Numbered from the stretch's first letter, positions 1-12,012 are shown. The stretch: DNA of 64,000 nucleotides from an uncultured Nitrososphaerota archaeon (GCA_963799845.1 CAWCYI010000004.1:1984001-2048000); one strand, 5' to 3'. A program made the numbers and translations. The notes: a model not told the origin generated them from the sequence alone.

Positions 1-1
1 C

Positions 2-94
2 CATCCGCAGTTTCCAAACGCTCTGATGCCTCTCGCCTTTGCGATCCTCGGGATTGGAATAATTTTCATCGGCATGTACTTGGTGTTAGACTGA
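2..94 (+). CDS. 3' end of a membrane protein (partial, window edge)
   Basis: Frame 2 reads HPQFPNALMPLAFAILGIGIIFIGMYLVLD*, a C-terminal hydrophobic helix. Confidence 0.6.
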   Translation, partial: HPQFPNALMPLAFAILGIGIIFIGMYLVLD

Positions 95-97
95 AAC

Positions 98-122
98 TGT
101 CGTACAATCTGGCATTTTACTT
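98..122 (+). promoter_or_regulatory. TGTCGTACA upstream motif plus GCATTTTACTT
   Basis: Motif ends 34 bp before the ATG at 140; near-identical block at 45499-45521. Confidence 0.6.
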
Positions 123-139
123 ACGTGAAGCTCGGTTAA

Positions 140-3100
140 ATGAGACTTAGCAAGCAAAATAAGCACGAGCAAAATCGGCGCAGGCTGATCATCGGACTAC
201 TCGGCGCACTTTTCGCGCTGTCGATCCTTTCCTCGCTCAGTTCACTGGCCATTCAGAACGCTCTACCTTCGAGCGTTCAAAGCGTTCCTTCATCTGCACC
301 GAACCGAAATTTCCTTTCGGACATTACATCATCAGTGTCAAATTTTCTAAGTGGAGCTGGGAAATCTATTGGGCAATTTATCGTAGCCAATTTCCCTCAT
401 GCGAAGAATGTTTTCGCGAGTGGACCAACTTATGACTATTCAATGGATCAGGCGTGTGTAGCGTCGGGGTGTACTGGTTACACTGGTTCGAGTGCGTTTC
501 CGACGGTTACGGCAGGCGATACCATAATTGTAACTGCTGATAGTGTTTCGAGTGCAATCAGTTCTTGCACGATTTCAGATAGCAGTTCAAGATTAACCTG
601 GACGAGTCTAGGGATTTTACTATCAGCTCCGTACGGCGGGAACGGCGGCGGGGATTGGACGTGGGTGGGCGTTGCTACCTCGACTGGTTCAACAACTGTG
701 AACGTGGCGAATTGCGTCGGCGGCAGCATAATACAATACATCGGTGAGCAATTTACTGGATTAGGCGCATACTCCACTGACCATACGGCCGAGAACTCGG
801 GTTCACCCGTATCTGTTGGTTCGTTCACGCCGACGACAGGGCAGACGGTATATGCCTTTGGCACTTTTTACAATGTTAAAGGTGCGACAGTAGCATCAAC
901 GGGCGGCGCAGTTTATTCAAACATCATCAATGGCATATCTGGATATGCGTCAAATCCTTCATCTGGATCTTGTGCTGGAATCTGTCAAGAAGTTGGAGAC
1001 ATGTATGGTCAGACTACGAGTGCTACTACTGCTAGTATGAGTTGCACGGGTGCAACAGGCGGAGACGAATCTGGCGGCGTATGTAGTCTTGGGGCAGAGC
1101 TTGTTTTAGTCTTTAACGCACCCACAATCATTCAGCCAATCCAATGCACGATGCAATCAGGATCGCAGCATCAGGCGACAATAACAATCTCAGGCGGCTC
1201 GCCATCTCCGTCGCCCTCGACCGTTTTATGCGATGGATCATCTCACAACGTTGCTGTTCAGGGCAGCATCACTCTAACAGCAACCGAGCCTGCTGATGGG
1301 ACGTGTGGAACATCATGCCGAGATCGATTCAGCGTTTCAAGTGCAGCAAGTACCACGATAACTGTTACATCATCAACATCAACTTGGTCCATCACTAATT
1401 ATGAACAATTAAGCAACACGTACCAGGTTACTGCGGAAGCTCAGACGGATTTTGACGCGAGCATGTCTTGGACGGTTACTGGAACGTTTCTCGGAGTTGT
1501 GGGTACCACAATTTGTACGATCTCATCCACGGTTGCGACGACCGATTCTTGCGCGGGTTACGCCGATTCTGATGTGGCAGTTACGATCCCTCAAGCCGCT
1601 ACTAGCCCACCTACAAATACAAGATGGCAATCGAGCGCGGCGTGTTCATCGACCGTAACAACGGGCGGGAACAGCGAGAACTGCAATTCGTATAAGCAAC
1701 TGGATAACACTTACCAAGCTTCCACGAATGGTCAGGGTCCGCCAACTTGGGATTCTGGATTAAGCGCAGTAGTTACAGGATCTCTTTATGGATCCACGGG
1801 TCAGAGCATTTGCACTATCAATCCATCATCGGGAACGACTACTACTGCCTCGTGTACTGGTTATGATGACTACGGTGCTGCCGCTACCGAACCCTCTACG
1901 ATGAGTGGAGCTGGATCAAATATCCAATGGAAGATCTATGGAACTGCATCCTGGACTGATACAAGTCCAAGTACTCACACTGGCACGTACTACAAGCAGC
2001 TTCGAAACACGTACCAAGTAACCGCCGAGGCGCAATCAACTTTCGATACCTCGATGAGCTGGACAGTTACAGGAACAGTCGGGGGTACCGGATCTTCAAC
2101 AGTCTGCACAATTTCATCAACCGCCGCTGCAACCGATTCGTGTTCTGGATATGCTGACTACGATCTAGGCGTTACCATTCCGCAGGCCGCGAGCTCACCG
2201 CCCGCGAGTACTCGCTGGCAATCTTCTGCTGCGTGTACATTTACGCAGACCTCTGGGGGAAATACAAACAACTGCAACTCGTACAAACAACTGACCAATA
2301 CGTATCAGGCTTCCACGAATGGGCAGGGTCCGCCAACCTGGGATAGCGGCCTCTCGGCAACTGTAACGGGATCGCTCTATGGAAATACTGGTCAAACGAT
2401 CTGCACCATAAGCCCCAGCTCAGGAACCACCACGACCGCGACATGCTCGAGTTATGCCGATTACGATGCTGCGGTTTCCGAGCCTTCAACGATGAGTGGC
2501 GCGGGATTCAATATTCAATGGAAGATCTATGGAACGTCGAGCTGGACAGACACCACGGGCGGCAACACCCATACGGGTACTTACTACAAACAGCTCTCGA
2601 ACACCTATCAGGAAACTGCGATCACACCGACGACCTTCGATACCAGTATGTCTTGGGCGGTAACTGGAACGGTCGGCGGCGTTGGATCTTCCGGAGTTTG
2701 CACGATTTCTTCGACCGCTGCAACCACAGACAGTTGTACGGCTTATGCTGATTACGATCTAGGCGTTACGATTCCTCAAGCGGCTTCATCTCCGCCTTCC
2801 GGTACACGTTGGCAATCTAGTGCCGCGTGTACTTTCACTCAAACCACAGGTGGGAATACTAACAACTGCAATTCGTACAAGCAGCTCGATAACACTTATG
2901 ACGCTTCTACAAATGGACAGGGGCCGCCAACTTGGGATTCGGGCCTTAGTGCTGCGGTAACTGGCTCGCTCTATGGTGTTACAGGTCAGACGATCTGTAC
3001 GATTAGCCCGAGCTCGGGTACTACCACTACGGCTACATGCTCGGGTTATGCGGACTACGACGGGGCAATTTCAGAACCTTCGACTATGGCGGGAGCTGCC

Positions 3101-6100
3101 AGCGGGATCCAGTGGGCGATCACTGGTACTGCATCTTGGACAGATACAACAGCCAGTAACACTCACACGGGAACGTACTACAAACAACTAGACAATACCT
3201 ACGATGCCGTTCCAAATCGGAGAACTACCTTTGATGGAATTTATTCAATCAGCGTCTCTGGTACGATCTTCGGAGTTGGTTCTTCATCAGTCTGCACAAT
3301 CACTACGTCGAACGGCGGGGGAACCGCGTCTTGCAGCGGATATGCAGACTACGATCTTGCGGTTACAGTTGGAACGATCTCGGGTGCGCCTGCATCTACA
3401 CGCTGGACGATAGTTGGCACTTCAACCTTCACAGATACGACCGGATCAAACACCCATTCAGTTGAGTACTACAACGAGATCGATAACACTTACCAGGTTA
3501 CAGCCGAGGCGCAAACTGATTTCGACGCGAGCATGTCTTGGACTGTAACTGGAACGTTGGGCGGTTCATCGGGTTCGACTATCTGCACGATCACGTCCAC
3601 TGTCGCAGCAACAGATTCCTGTTCAGGGTACGCAGATTACGACCAGCCTGTAATTATTCCGCAGGCCGCGTCTAGTCCACCAGCCAATTCAAGATGGCAA
3701 TCGACGGCGGCGTGTACCTCGACCTTAACCACGCCTAGCAACACGGAGAACTGCAACTCGTACAAGCAGTGGACGAACACTTACGAAATGGCGGTCGCGG
3801 GTTCCGTGAGTGGCTTCACTGTTGGCAGCGGCAGTGGAGAATCAATGGTAGTACTCGGCTACCTCTATGGATCCTCTGGACAAACGATCTGCACGGCAAC
3901 GGCTTCAAGTGGTGCGAGCGCGACCTGCTCTGGATATTCTGACAACGCCGAAGCTGCTACACTGCCCCAATTTCTGACAGGCGAGGCAGCAAGTACTCAA
4001 TGGCAGGACAGCAACGGCGGATCGCAATCATCGGGATCGATAACCTCTGGGGCGAACACTATCACGGCTGAGTACTATCTTCAACTCTCGAACACCTATC
4101 AAGCCTCGACAAATGGACAGGGGCCGCCAGATTGGGATTCCGGCCTTAGTGCTACCGCGACAGGAACCTTACTCGGGGTAGCGAGTCAAACCATCTGCAC
4201 GATCTCTCCGAGCTCAGGAACGACGACGACCGCTGGATGCACAGGATACGCGGATTATGATCAGCCAGTTTCCGAGCCAGCTACGATGAGTGGAGCTGGA
4301 TCCAATATCCAATGGAAGCTCTATGGAACGTCGAGTTGGACTGACACCACAGCGGGAAATACTCACACAGGCACATATTACAAGCAGCTTCAAAATACGT
4401 ACCAAGTTTCTTCTCACGCCCAAACCGATTTTGATAATGGCCTCTCGTGGTCTATAACTGGTACGATCGGCGGGGTCGGGAGCTCATCGGTCTGCTCGAT
4501 CTCATCGACCGTTGCCGCAACTGATTCTTGCTCGGGCTATGCTGATTACGATCTCGGGGTAACTATCCCTCAAGGGGCCTCGGGAGCTGCCGCGAATACA
4601 CGTTGGCAATCAACAGCAGCCTGCACTTTCACCCAGACAACAGGTGGGAATACGAACAACTGCAATTCGTACAAGCAACTCACCAATGCTTATGCCGCAA
4701 ATCCCGTTGCCCCAACTACATTTTCAGCGAGTATCACCTTCGCGGTTACAGGATCGCTCTATGGAGTAACTGGACAAGCGATCTGCACCGTATCGGTTCC
4801 AGGCTCTCCGTCCTCGGGTAGCTACAACTGCGCGGGATATGCTGACTATGACGCTGCGGGTTCAATCGCGTCGGCGGCCTCGGGTTCCCCTACAAATCAG
4901 AGATGGGAAGTTTCTGGAACGGATTCGTGGACCGACACCACTGGCGCAAACACGCACACCGCGAATTACTATCTGCAAGACTCGACCACGGTTTCTTACT
5001 CAATCATTGGTGGCGCGGGAGCTTCCTCTGCCCCAACTCTGACGTACACATATCTCGGTACAGCTGGCACTACCTATTCGATGACTGTAACGCCAACAGT
5101 AGTTTGGCAGGACAATGGAAAGACATGGACCGCGACGAATCCTCTGCCTGGATCGGGAGCTAGCGAAAGATGGGATGCCCCCACCGGCTATTCAGGCTCG
5201 TCCACTGCTGGCGAAACTATTGACCCGACGTACTACAATCAATTTGATGTTACAGTTACGATCACTTCGATTGATGGTTCCATTCCTGGGCCGAGCGATC
5301 CCACTTTCAGTTACTCGCAATTCGGCAGCCCAGCTACCCTGACAGTAGCGACCTCGCAGACAACTTGGGCAGATGATTCTCAGGCATGGAGTATCACAAA
5401 TCCAATTTCAATTTCCAGCACGGAAAGATTCGATTCGCCATCGACGACCAGCGGCACGATCAGCGCGGCCTCGACCTTCCCCATCACGTACTACCATCAG
5501 TACAAGCAGGGATTTGAGTACAGCGTCGTCGGTATCAGTACCGGATCATCTCCGCCAACTTTCAAATTCTTCTACGAGGGAACGGTGAACAGCACCACGC
5601 TTTCAACGTCGCCAGCTCAACTCTGGCTCGACGCAAACCCCGCAGTTTGGAATTCCACGAATCCGCTGACGGGTTCAAATTCAACCGTGAGTTGGATGAC
5701 GGGAACGCCGACTGGCTCTACGTCAAGCGGTGGAGGAACAACGAACATTGTCTACGATCTAGCCTATGCGGTCATCACACTGTTCAATCCCGACTCGCTG
5801 ACCATCCAGTTCACAAACTCGACAGGTAGCTACACTAGTACGACTTCGCCCCTGAACATCTCGCCTGGCTCTACTTTCACGGTCGTTGGATCCAATTTCA
5901 ACGGCCTCTTTGAAATATCCACTAACGGCTCAACGATCTATCAGGTACCAGCAGGCTTCGGAAATGGAATCCAAGTCTTAAGCTCGGTCAGACTAAATCT
6001 TTTCAATTTCACGGCGGGAGGCACAAATCCATTCTTGAACATGACTGGAACGAGCGCAACGGTGATCGTACTAGATCCAGTTCCAGCAACAGGACTTTCG

Positions 6101-6775
6101 TACGTCTCGACCACGGTAGCGGGATCCTCTTACTCGCCGACTTTCTCACAGAGCAAAACGGTCATTCAGGTTACAACGACAGGAACACAAAATATTCTGA
6201 TGAATTTTGTCGTCGCGGGCCCAGAGACACAAACGCAATGCGTCGGTCCAAGCTGCGGCGGCGGAAGCACTACCGTAACTGCAACGGGAGAGGCTGGCGG
6301 CACAAGTACACTCATCCAGAATGGACAGGTGAGTGTAGAAGCTGGAAGCCCATCGAACCGAACGATCTCGCTGGTTTTGGACAACACCCAATCATCCGCG
6401 ATTACGGAACTGACCCAGCTCAGTTTCTCTAGCATGAGCAATGTTCAGGTGGTCTACAATCCGAGCGAGCTACCGATCAATGTTGGCAGTGGCGATACGG
6501 GTAGTGTTCCAGTCCAAGTACAATACAGCAGCCTAACTCCTGGTTCTTACGTCATCAACGGAACGGCGACCTTCACCCAGTACAGCAGCCAGACCAATTC
6601 GTACGTAACTCTGCACAGCGGATTCACGATCACGCTGTTCGTTCAGGCCCTAACTGGAAAGAGTGATGGATTCAATTTCGCGGCATTTCTAACAGCCTAT
6701 TGGTGGGTTTTCATCAGCGCGGCAATCCTCGCGGTAATTGGTATTGGTTTATTCATTAGAAAGACTGGACGTTAG
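140..6775 (+). CDS. Giant repeat-rich cell/virion surface protein (adhesin- or fibre-like), 2211 aa
   Basis: N-terminal basic+hydrophobic signal/TM; about 12 Cys-containing ~100-aa repeats (types YQVTAEAQTDFD... and YQASTNGQGPPTWD...); C-terminal TM plus RKTGR tail. Confidence 0.9.
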   Translation: MRLSKQNKHEQNRRRLIIGLLGALFALSILSSLSSLAIQNALPSSVQSVPSSAPNRNFLSDITSSVSNFLSGAGKSIGQFIVANFPHAKNVFASGPTYDYSMDQACVASGCTGYTGSSAFPTVTAGDTIIVTADSVSSAISSCTISDSSSRLTWTSLGILLSAPYGGNGGGDWTWVGVATSTGSTTVNVANCVGGSIIQYIGEQFTGLGAYSTDHTAENSGSPVSVGSFTPTTGQTVYAFGTFYNVKGATVASTGGAVYSNIINGISGYASNPSSGSCAGICQEVGDMYGQTTSATTASMSCTGATGGDESGGVCSLGAELVLVFNAPTIIQPIQCTMQSGSQHQATITISGGSPSPSPSTVLCDGSSHNVAVQGSITLTATEPADGTCGTSCRDRFSVSSAASTTITVTSSTSTWSITNYEQLSNTYQVTAEAQTDFDASMSWTVTGTFLGVVGTTICTISSTVATTDSCAGYADSDVAVTIPQAATSPPTNTRWQSSAACSSTVTTGGNSENCNSYKQLDNTYQASTNGQGPPTWDSGLSAVVTGSLYGSTGQSICTINPSSGTTTTASCTGYDDYGAAATEPSTMSGAGSNIQWKIYGTASWTDTSPSTHTGTYYKQLRNTYQVTAEAQSTFDTSMSWTVTGTVGGTGSSTVCTISSTAAATDSCSGYADYDLGVTIPQAASSPPASTRWQSSAACTFTQTSGGNTNNCNSYKQLTNTYQASTNGQGPPTWDSGLSATVTGSLYGNTGQTICTISPSSGTTTTATCSSYADYDAAVSEPSTMSGAGFNIQWKIYGTSSWTDTTGGNTHTGTYYKQLSNTYQETAITPTTFDTSMSWAVTGTVGGVGSSGVCTISSTAATTDSCTAYADYDLGVTIPQAASSPPSGTRWQSSAACTFTQTTGGNTNNCNSYKQLDNTYDASTNGQGPPTWDSGLSAAVTGSLYGVTGQTICTISPSSGTTTTATCSGYADYDGAISEPSTMAGAASGIQWAITGTASWTDTTASNTHTGTYYKQLDNTYDAVPNRRTTFDGIYSISVSGTIFGVGSSSVCTITTSNGGGTASCSGYADYDLAVTVGTISGAPASTRWTIVGTSTFTDTTGSNTHSVEYYNEIDNTYQVTAEAQTDFDASMSWTVTGTLGGSSGSTICTITSTVAATDSCSGYADYDQPVIIPQAASSPPANSRWQSTAACTSTLTTPSNTENCNSYKQWTNTYEMAVAGSVSGFTVGSGSGESMVVLGYLYGSSGQTICTATASSGASATCSGYSDNAEAATLPQFLTGEAASTQWQDSNGGSQSSGSITSGANTITAEYYLQLSNTYQASTNGQGPPDWDSGLSATATGTLLGVASQTICTISPSSGTTTTAGCTGYADYDQPVSEPATMSGAGSNIQWKLYGTSSWTDTTAGNTHTGTYYKQLQNTYQVSSHAQTDFDNGLSWSITGTIGGVGSSSVCSISSTVAATDSCSGYADYDLGVTIPQGASGAAANTRWQSTAACTFTQTTGGNTNNCNSYKQLTNAYAANPVAPTTFSASITFAVTGSLYGVTGQAICTVSVPGSPSSGSYNCAGYADYDAAGSIASAASGSPTNQRWEVSGTDSWTDTTGANTHTANYYLQDSTTVSYSIIGGAGASSAPTLTYTYLGTAGTTYSMTVTPTVVWQDNGKTWTATNPLPGSGASERWDAPTGYSGSSTAGETIDPTYYNQFDVTVTITSIDGSIPGPSDPTFSYSQFGSPATLTVATSQTTWADDSQAWSITNPISISSTERFDSPSTTSGTISAASTFPITYYHQYKQGFEYSVVGISTGSSPPTFKFFYEGTVNSTTLSTSPAQLWLDANPAVWNSTNPLTGSNSTVSWMTGTPTGSTSSGGGTTNIVYDLAYAVITLFNPDSLTIQFTNSTGSYTSTTSPLNISPGSTFTVVGSNFNGLFEISTNGSTIYQVPAGFGNGIQVLSSVRLNLFNFTAGGTNPFLNMTGTSATVIVLDPVPATGLSYVSTTVAGSSYSPTFSQSKTVIQVTTTGTQNILMNFVVAGPETQTQCVGPSCGGGSTTVTATGEAGGTSTLIQNGQVSVEAGSPSNRTISLVLDNTQSSAITELTQLSFSSMSNVQVVYNPSELPINVGSGDTGSVPVQVQYSSLTPGSYVINGTATFTQYSSQTNSYVTLHSGFTITLFVQALTGKSDGFNFAAFLTAYWWVFISAAILAVIGIGLFIRKTGR

Positions 6776-7006
6776 ATCACAGAATCTTCGGGATATTTTT
6801 GCCTCGTCTGCGAAATTCGATTTAGGCCGTCTGCTTTCCCCGAGGCGCAAAAGAAAGGACTGATGCCCTGCTATTTCACTGTCCATAGATGCTCTCACAG
6901 TGCCGTCCTGGATAACTTCCGCTCTGAGAAAAATACTGTCTGGGCCGCGTCTCGTTGCCCTGCCTGCAAGTTTGACTGGCTCTCCAATAAACATCTCACC
7001 AGGAGC

Positions 7007-8254
7007 CTATTCTCCCGAGGGAGCTATATCTACGACTTCTCTGGTTGCAAAATCAGCGGGATTTTTCTTGACCAATAGCAGTATCGGCAGAAGAACAATC
7101 GTAAAGACACCCGTGAGAACCCATGCAAAAGTGTAACCCGAAGACACTGATAGTATACCGAAGATCGTAAGGAAGACAGTTGCAGATCCATACTGAAATG
7201 TGCTGATAATTCCGATTGCGAGCGTCACTCCTTCGCCTTGAGTCTCTGGAAGATAAGATGGAATGAGATATGCGAGAGAGAAAGCAGCTCCAGCTAAAGT
7301 GCCTCCAATCGCATATAGACACCAGATTATCTGCCATGAAACGTATGGGACTAGTATCATAACAAGTCCAAGACAAAATGCGAAAGCTATGACCAAAAGT
7401 CTCTTGTCGATTTTCTTGTTTGCCAACCACGCTACCAAAAGACCACCGAAAGTAACGGCACCTAATCCCGTAGCTAGAATGTACGATGCGATACTGATTC
7501 CCCAATTTGGATGAACCTGACTGACATATTGAATAAAATAATCACTTGCTACGGAAGCCGCAGCTCCAAAACCCAATAATCCAATTGAAAGACTCCAAAT
7601 CGAACGGGATGTTAGGATCTTCTTCACATGTCTCTGAATTTGGAAGTCTTGCGATTTTGGTTCTTTTTCAATTATGGTCGACGGTAGAATAAATAACGAG
7701 ATTGTCGATACTCCGATTATGGTTGCTCCTAGTAAAGTATAGGGCACCGTCCAATTGAAAGTTGATCCTAGGGCTGTGCTCAAGGGGAGCCCAACCACAC
7801 CTCCTACTCCGTTTGTTATTCCATAGAACAGACCAAACCATTTACCCCTCTGATTTTCTGGATAGTAACGAGCAAGAAGATTGTAAACACTTCCATTTGT
7901 TATGCCCCATCCAGACCCAGCTAAGAAACGCAGAAAGGCGAGATCAATAAGGCTGCTGGAAAGTCCAGATACGACAGTAGTTAATCCAGCAAGAAATATG
8001 CCCAGAAGATAAACTCTGCGCGCGCCTATTCTTAGGGCAAGGAAACCAGCAGGAATTTGAAATATCGCAAATCCGAATACGAAGGCACTGAGTACTAGAC
8101 CTAACTCTGAGTTGTTAGCATGAAAAGCTGCACCGACCATCGGAAGAGTTCCAGGTACAACTACACTCACGAAAGTTAGCAGAGATACACCGAGGAGTAA
8201 TATTGCAGTTGAAGTTTTAAGGCGAAGCGAGTTCGTGGATCCGACACTTTCCAA
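7007..8254 (-). CDS. MFS transporter
   Basis: About 12 hydrophobic segments; MFS motif A (GFLALRIGARRV); RFLAG and YPENQRGK motifs. Confidence 0.9.
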   Translation of the reverse strand: MESVGSTNSLRLKTSTAILLLGVSLLTFVSVVVPGTLPMVGAAFHANNSELGLVLSAFVFGFAIFQIPAGFLALRIGARRVYLLGIFLAGLTTVVSGLSSSLIDLAFLRFLAGSGWGITNGSVYNLLARYYPENQRGKWFGLFYGITNGVGGVVGLPLSTALGSTFNWTVPYTLLGATIIGVSTISLFILPSTIIEKEPKSQDFQIQRHVKKILTSRSIWSLSIGLLGFGAAASVASDYFIQYVSQVHPNWGISIASYILATGLGAVTFGGLLVAWLANKKIDKRLLVIAFAFCLGLVMILVPYVSWQIIWCLYAIGGTLAGAAFSLAYLIPSYLPETQGEGVTLAIGIISTFQYGSATVFLTIFGILSVSSGYTFAWVLTGVFTIVLLPILLLVKKNPADFATREVVDIAPSGE

Positions 8255-8362
8255 AATATGAAAATCCTTGGCCGAAAGTCAATCCTGTTCGACTGGTCTC
8301 AGGTTTCCAATCCGACCCATGATCAAAGCAGCATTCGGTTATTATGAGACCCGAGCTTCTAA

Positions 8363-9391
8363 TCAGCTGGAATTAGAGGTTGCAACATAAGCTGACGCAT
8401 TTTTCATTGCTTCCCCAGCTTGATTAACGAGTGTCGTCATGATTTCCGCAGCAGTAGGAAGGTTCGAGATCAATCCTACACTCTGGCCAGCCAACATCAT
8501 GAGACCTTCAATGTCTCCTTCCATCCCAGGAAAAGGATCTTCCATATCGTAATAGTGAATCTTCTTGCCGTCGCGTGTAGTTGCTACTGTCTCGCCTTCT
8601 TTCGGACGCTTCCCTCGGGGTGGTCTCCCTGCTTTCTCCCAGTCTTCAATGGTTTTGTTCCTTAGTGCTCGATGCGGTGCATTCTCCCAATCCGAGTCAA
8701 ACAATATGGTATATTCAGTATCTGTCTCCTCGGCTTTCAAGATCCGCTCTTTGTAAATTTGGTGAAACGGAGACTCCTTGCTCGCAACGAACCGAGTTCC
8801 TAGCCATGCACCCGATGCCCCAAGCATCAATGCGGCTGCGATTCCCCGTCCATCACCGATTCCACCCGCTGAAACGACTGGTTTTGGATATACTGCATCG
8901 ACGACGCATGGGGTAAGCGGCATGGTAGCAACCGTCCCCCACACATGTCCGCCCGCTTCCCACCCTTGGGCAACGATTACATCTACGCCGCTATCGGATA
9001 CTTTTCGCGCTTCCGATGCGCTTGCAACTGTTGATGCAACGATTGCACCAGCGTCATGTAAGGTCTTGATGTAAGGAGATGGATCGCCCCAAAAGAACGA
9101 GACGATTGGTACGCTTTCGTCCAAGCAGGTCTTTAGGTTCTCGTCTGGAGGCCATTGAGGTCTCGATAAGATAAGATTTACCCCGAAGGGTTTGTCGGTA
9201 AGTTTCTTGATTTCGCGAATATTCTTTCTGACTTCGTCTGGGCCTGAATACGTAGGAAGCATCCCGAGACCGCCTGCGTTGGACACTGCTGCAACGAGTC
9301 TGGGGCTTTCAACTATCGGCGCTTCGATTATGGGAACCTCGATATGCAAAAGGTCGCAAAGTTTTGTGTGAAGATTGTATTTCGAGTTCAA
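8363..9391 (-). CDS. Nitronate monooxygenase / FabK-like FMN oxidoreductase
   Basis: AVSNAGGLG, PFGVNL, AQGWEAGGH, AGGIGDGRG, GTRF and AGQSVGLI motifs. Confidence 0.92.
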   Translation of the reverse strand: MNSKYNLHTKLCDLLHIEVPIIEAPIVESPRLVAAVSNAGGLGMLPTYSGPDEVRKNIREIKKLTDKPFGVNLILSRPQWPPDENLKTCLDESVPIVSFFWGDPSPYIKTLHDAGAIVASTVASASEARKVSDSGVDVIVAQGWEAGGHVWGTVATMPLTPCVVDAVYPKPVVSAGGIGDGRGIAAALMLGASGAWLGTRFVASKESPFHQIYKERILKAEETDTEYTILFDSDWENAPHRALRNKTIEDWEKAGRPPRGKRPKEGETVATTRDGKKIHYYDMEDPFPGMEGDIEGLMMLAGQSVGLISNLPTAAEIMTTLVNQAGEAMKNASAYVATSNSS

Positions 9392-9635
9392 AAATAGTAT
9401 TCACCCAGCTGCTGTTCAGTAACGGTGCGTTTGGACATTGTCGGTCAGACCACAGATAACTACTATTAAGTTTGTGAAATTTCAGGAATCTCAGAGATGA
9501 ACATTTCTTCCGTCCGCCGAGCCTAATAGGAGGGATAAAATTATCCCTTGATAGAATGAGATCAGAAACGAACCAGCTTCGGTTCCGAACGGTATTCGGA
9601 CGCGTATTTACCAATAATGGAAGATTTACAAATGA

Positions 9636-12012
9636 TCAGTCCGCGTCGGGAAAACCAACCTTCTTTAGAAATGCCTGAAACCTGGGATCTGAGCGAAAGT
9701 CATCGAAACTAGAATCGGTGTTGATGCCGATGAGATAACCCGCATGTCTTTGGTAGGCCTTCTCCAGCCACTACATCGCTTTGTCCTTTTCACCTAGGCT
9801 CACGTAAACCCCAGCAATTTCTGTTTCTGACATCTGGCTTTGTTCCCTCATCCTCAGCAGATCGGCAAGAATGTTCCTGACCTCATTGACATTTCCCGCT
9901 CAGGCGTAGGCGTACGCGAGATCACTCTTGAAACTCGCGATTTTTCCACTCGAGATTTCTACGGCTGCTTTTAGTTCAGAAATTCCTTTCTCAATCATTC
10001 CCTTCATGACGTATGCCATGCCCAGATTGTCATGCACTAAAGCTGAATTCGGATCCAGTACGATAGCATTTCTCAACACTTCTATAGCTTCGTCAACTCG
10101 TTGAAAATTCATAAGAAGAATACCAGCAAGCACAAATGTCAAGCTTGACAGAGGATCTAATTCCAAAGCACGTTGGCTTTCCAAAAGGCCTTCGTCAAAT
10201 CTTCTTAAATGCATGAGGCAATTCGCGAGTGCCGAGTGACCACCCGCCAGATTGGGACTAAGTTCAAGCGCTCGTCTCGTTTCTATTTCAGCACCTCGAA
10301 AATCCCACTTATGATAAAGCATAACCTGACCGAGTGCAACATGAGATTCAGGAATGGAAGGATCCAATTGTATTGCCTTTTCAGCAAACTTCTCGGCCCG
10401 TAAGAAGGCTTCATCTGAGGGAAGCATTTCTAAGAAACCAATTTGAGTGTAACACCAGGCAATCCCAGCGTAGGCTTGCGCATAATTCGGATCCTTTTGG
10501 ATCGCCTGCTCGTAATAATCTATCGTTTTCTTGAATGATTCAAGAGTGAACTGGCGACCGTAAGTGCGACCCTTTAGATACAGAATGTAAGCTTCCATGT
10601 TCTGGGTTGGTTTCTTTCCTAACTCCTTACTTTCCTTCGATAGGATAGTAACTTGAAGAGAATCAGCCACCTTTTGGGCGATCTCCTTTTGCAACGAAAA
10701 CACGTTCTCGAATTTTCTGTCGTAATCCTGAGACCACAAGTGCTCGTCGCTATCAACGTCGATCAGCTGCGCCGTAATTCGCAGATCGTCGCCTGCTTTT
10801 CTTACACTTCCTTCCAGCACTGCACCGACATTCAGTTCCTTTGCAATTTCAGAGAGATGCTTGCTCGTTTGCTTATAGCCCAACACAGAAGTGCGGGAGA
10901 TGACTCTCAGACCACGAATTTTAGATAGTGTCGAGATGAGTTCCTCGGTCATGCCATCCGCAAAATACTCGTCTTTTGGATCAGGACTTATGTTTGCGAA
11001 AGGTAGGACTGCAATACGGTTTTTACCAGAGATGGTTTCGATCGCACGCTTTTCTTCAAGTTTAGAGGTCTCTAGTTTTGAGCTTGCGGGTTTGGGTACA
11101 ACTTGGTCGTCTTCTAATCTTACGAACGTATTGACAAATTCGTTTCGTAGCGATCCAGCTCTAACCCAAAATTCCTTGTTTTCGGGATCTCCAGCATCGA
11201 AAAGATAATCGAACTTGATCCTTTCTTCCCCAGACGGCATCCGTTCGATACAGTGAAATGCTAGATCCCGAATCTGGCGTGCGCTTTTCAATTTCGGATT
11301 TAGTGCAATATAATAGAGAACCAGCTTTTCGACTTCATCGGCCTGCCGTCCCTTTTCGCTAGAAGCTCGCAAGAATTGCGTGGATGCGACTAGTAGCTTG
11401 TCACCCAGAGCTAAACCAGGAATTGATGATTCATTACGGCTTGGGATTCGACTCAAGAGATCAACTCCCTTGGGACGTTTGGCTATCCTTTCCTTCATTT
11501 CCAAAAGGGAATTTCCACCGCTCCCAGCTAGGATGAAACAAGTTCGGATCGTGTTTCTGTCTGGTGGTTCTAGTGATGGAAGAAGATCTTCATACGGCCA
11601 CGATTCTGAAGGTTTCGAATCTACTTCGTCAATGAAACACAAACGAGGTTTGTTAGCTCGCTCGACCTTGGAAAGCTCCATTCTGAATTTCTGCTCACCC
11701 ATTTGAGTCTAGGTTGAGCTCTGTGTACTCTATTTTGTCGCCCAGAGATTTCGCTATCTCCTGAATGAAGAAGCTCTTCCCACTGCCTGGAGGTGCCCAT
11801 ATCAGATAGTTATCTCTACCACGAGTTTGCGAAGTTAGACTGGTTACTATCCTCTGTTTAGTATCTTTGAGGATGTTTCTTGCAGATTCGTCGTACCTTA
11901 CGATTCCGCCGACGACACGGAAATTCGAAAGCTCAATCTCGTGGAGTTCGCGCACTAGACTGATGGCGTCTTGCTCACTAGAGAGAGACCCAGAACGTTT
12001 TGGTTCATCCAA
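9636..12012 (-). pseudogene. AAA-ATPase + TolB_N-like + TPR protein, degenerate tandem copy
   Basis: Paralogue of 12102-14609 from TTG at 12012; frameshift near 11708 and two in-frame stops (TGA at 9900, TAG near 9773); C-terminus ...RSDPRFQAFLKKVGFPDAD* ends at 9636. Confidence 0.8.

Noticed and set aside
140-6775. Diversity-generating retroelement acting on the giant protein
   Set aside because: No reverse transcriptase and no adenine-specific TR/VR pair noticed; repeat differences are largely synonymous.
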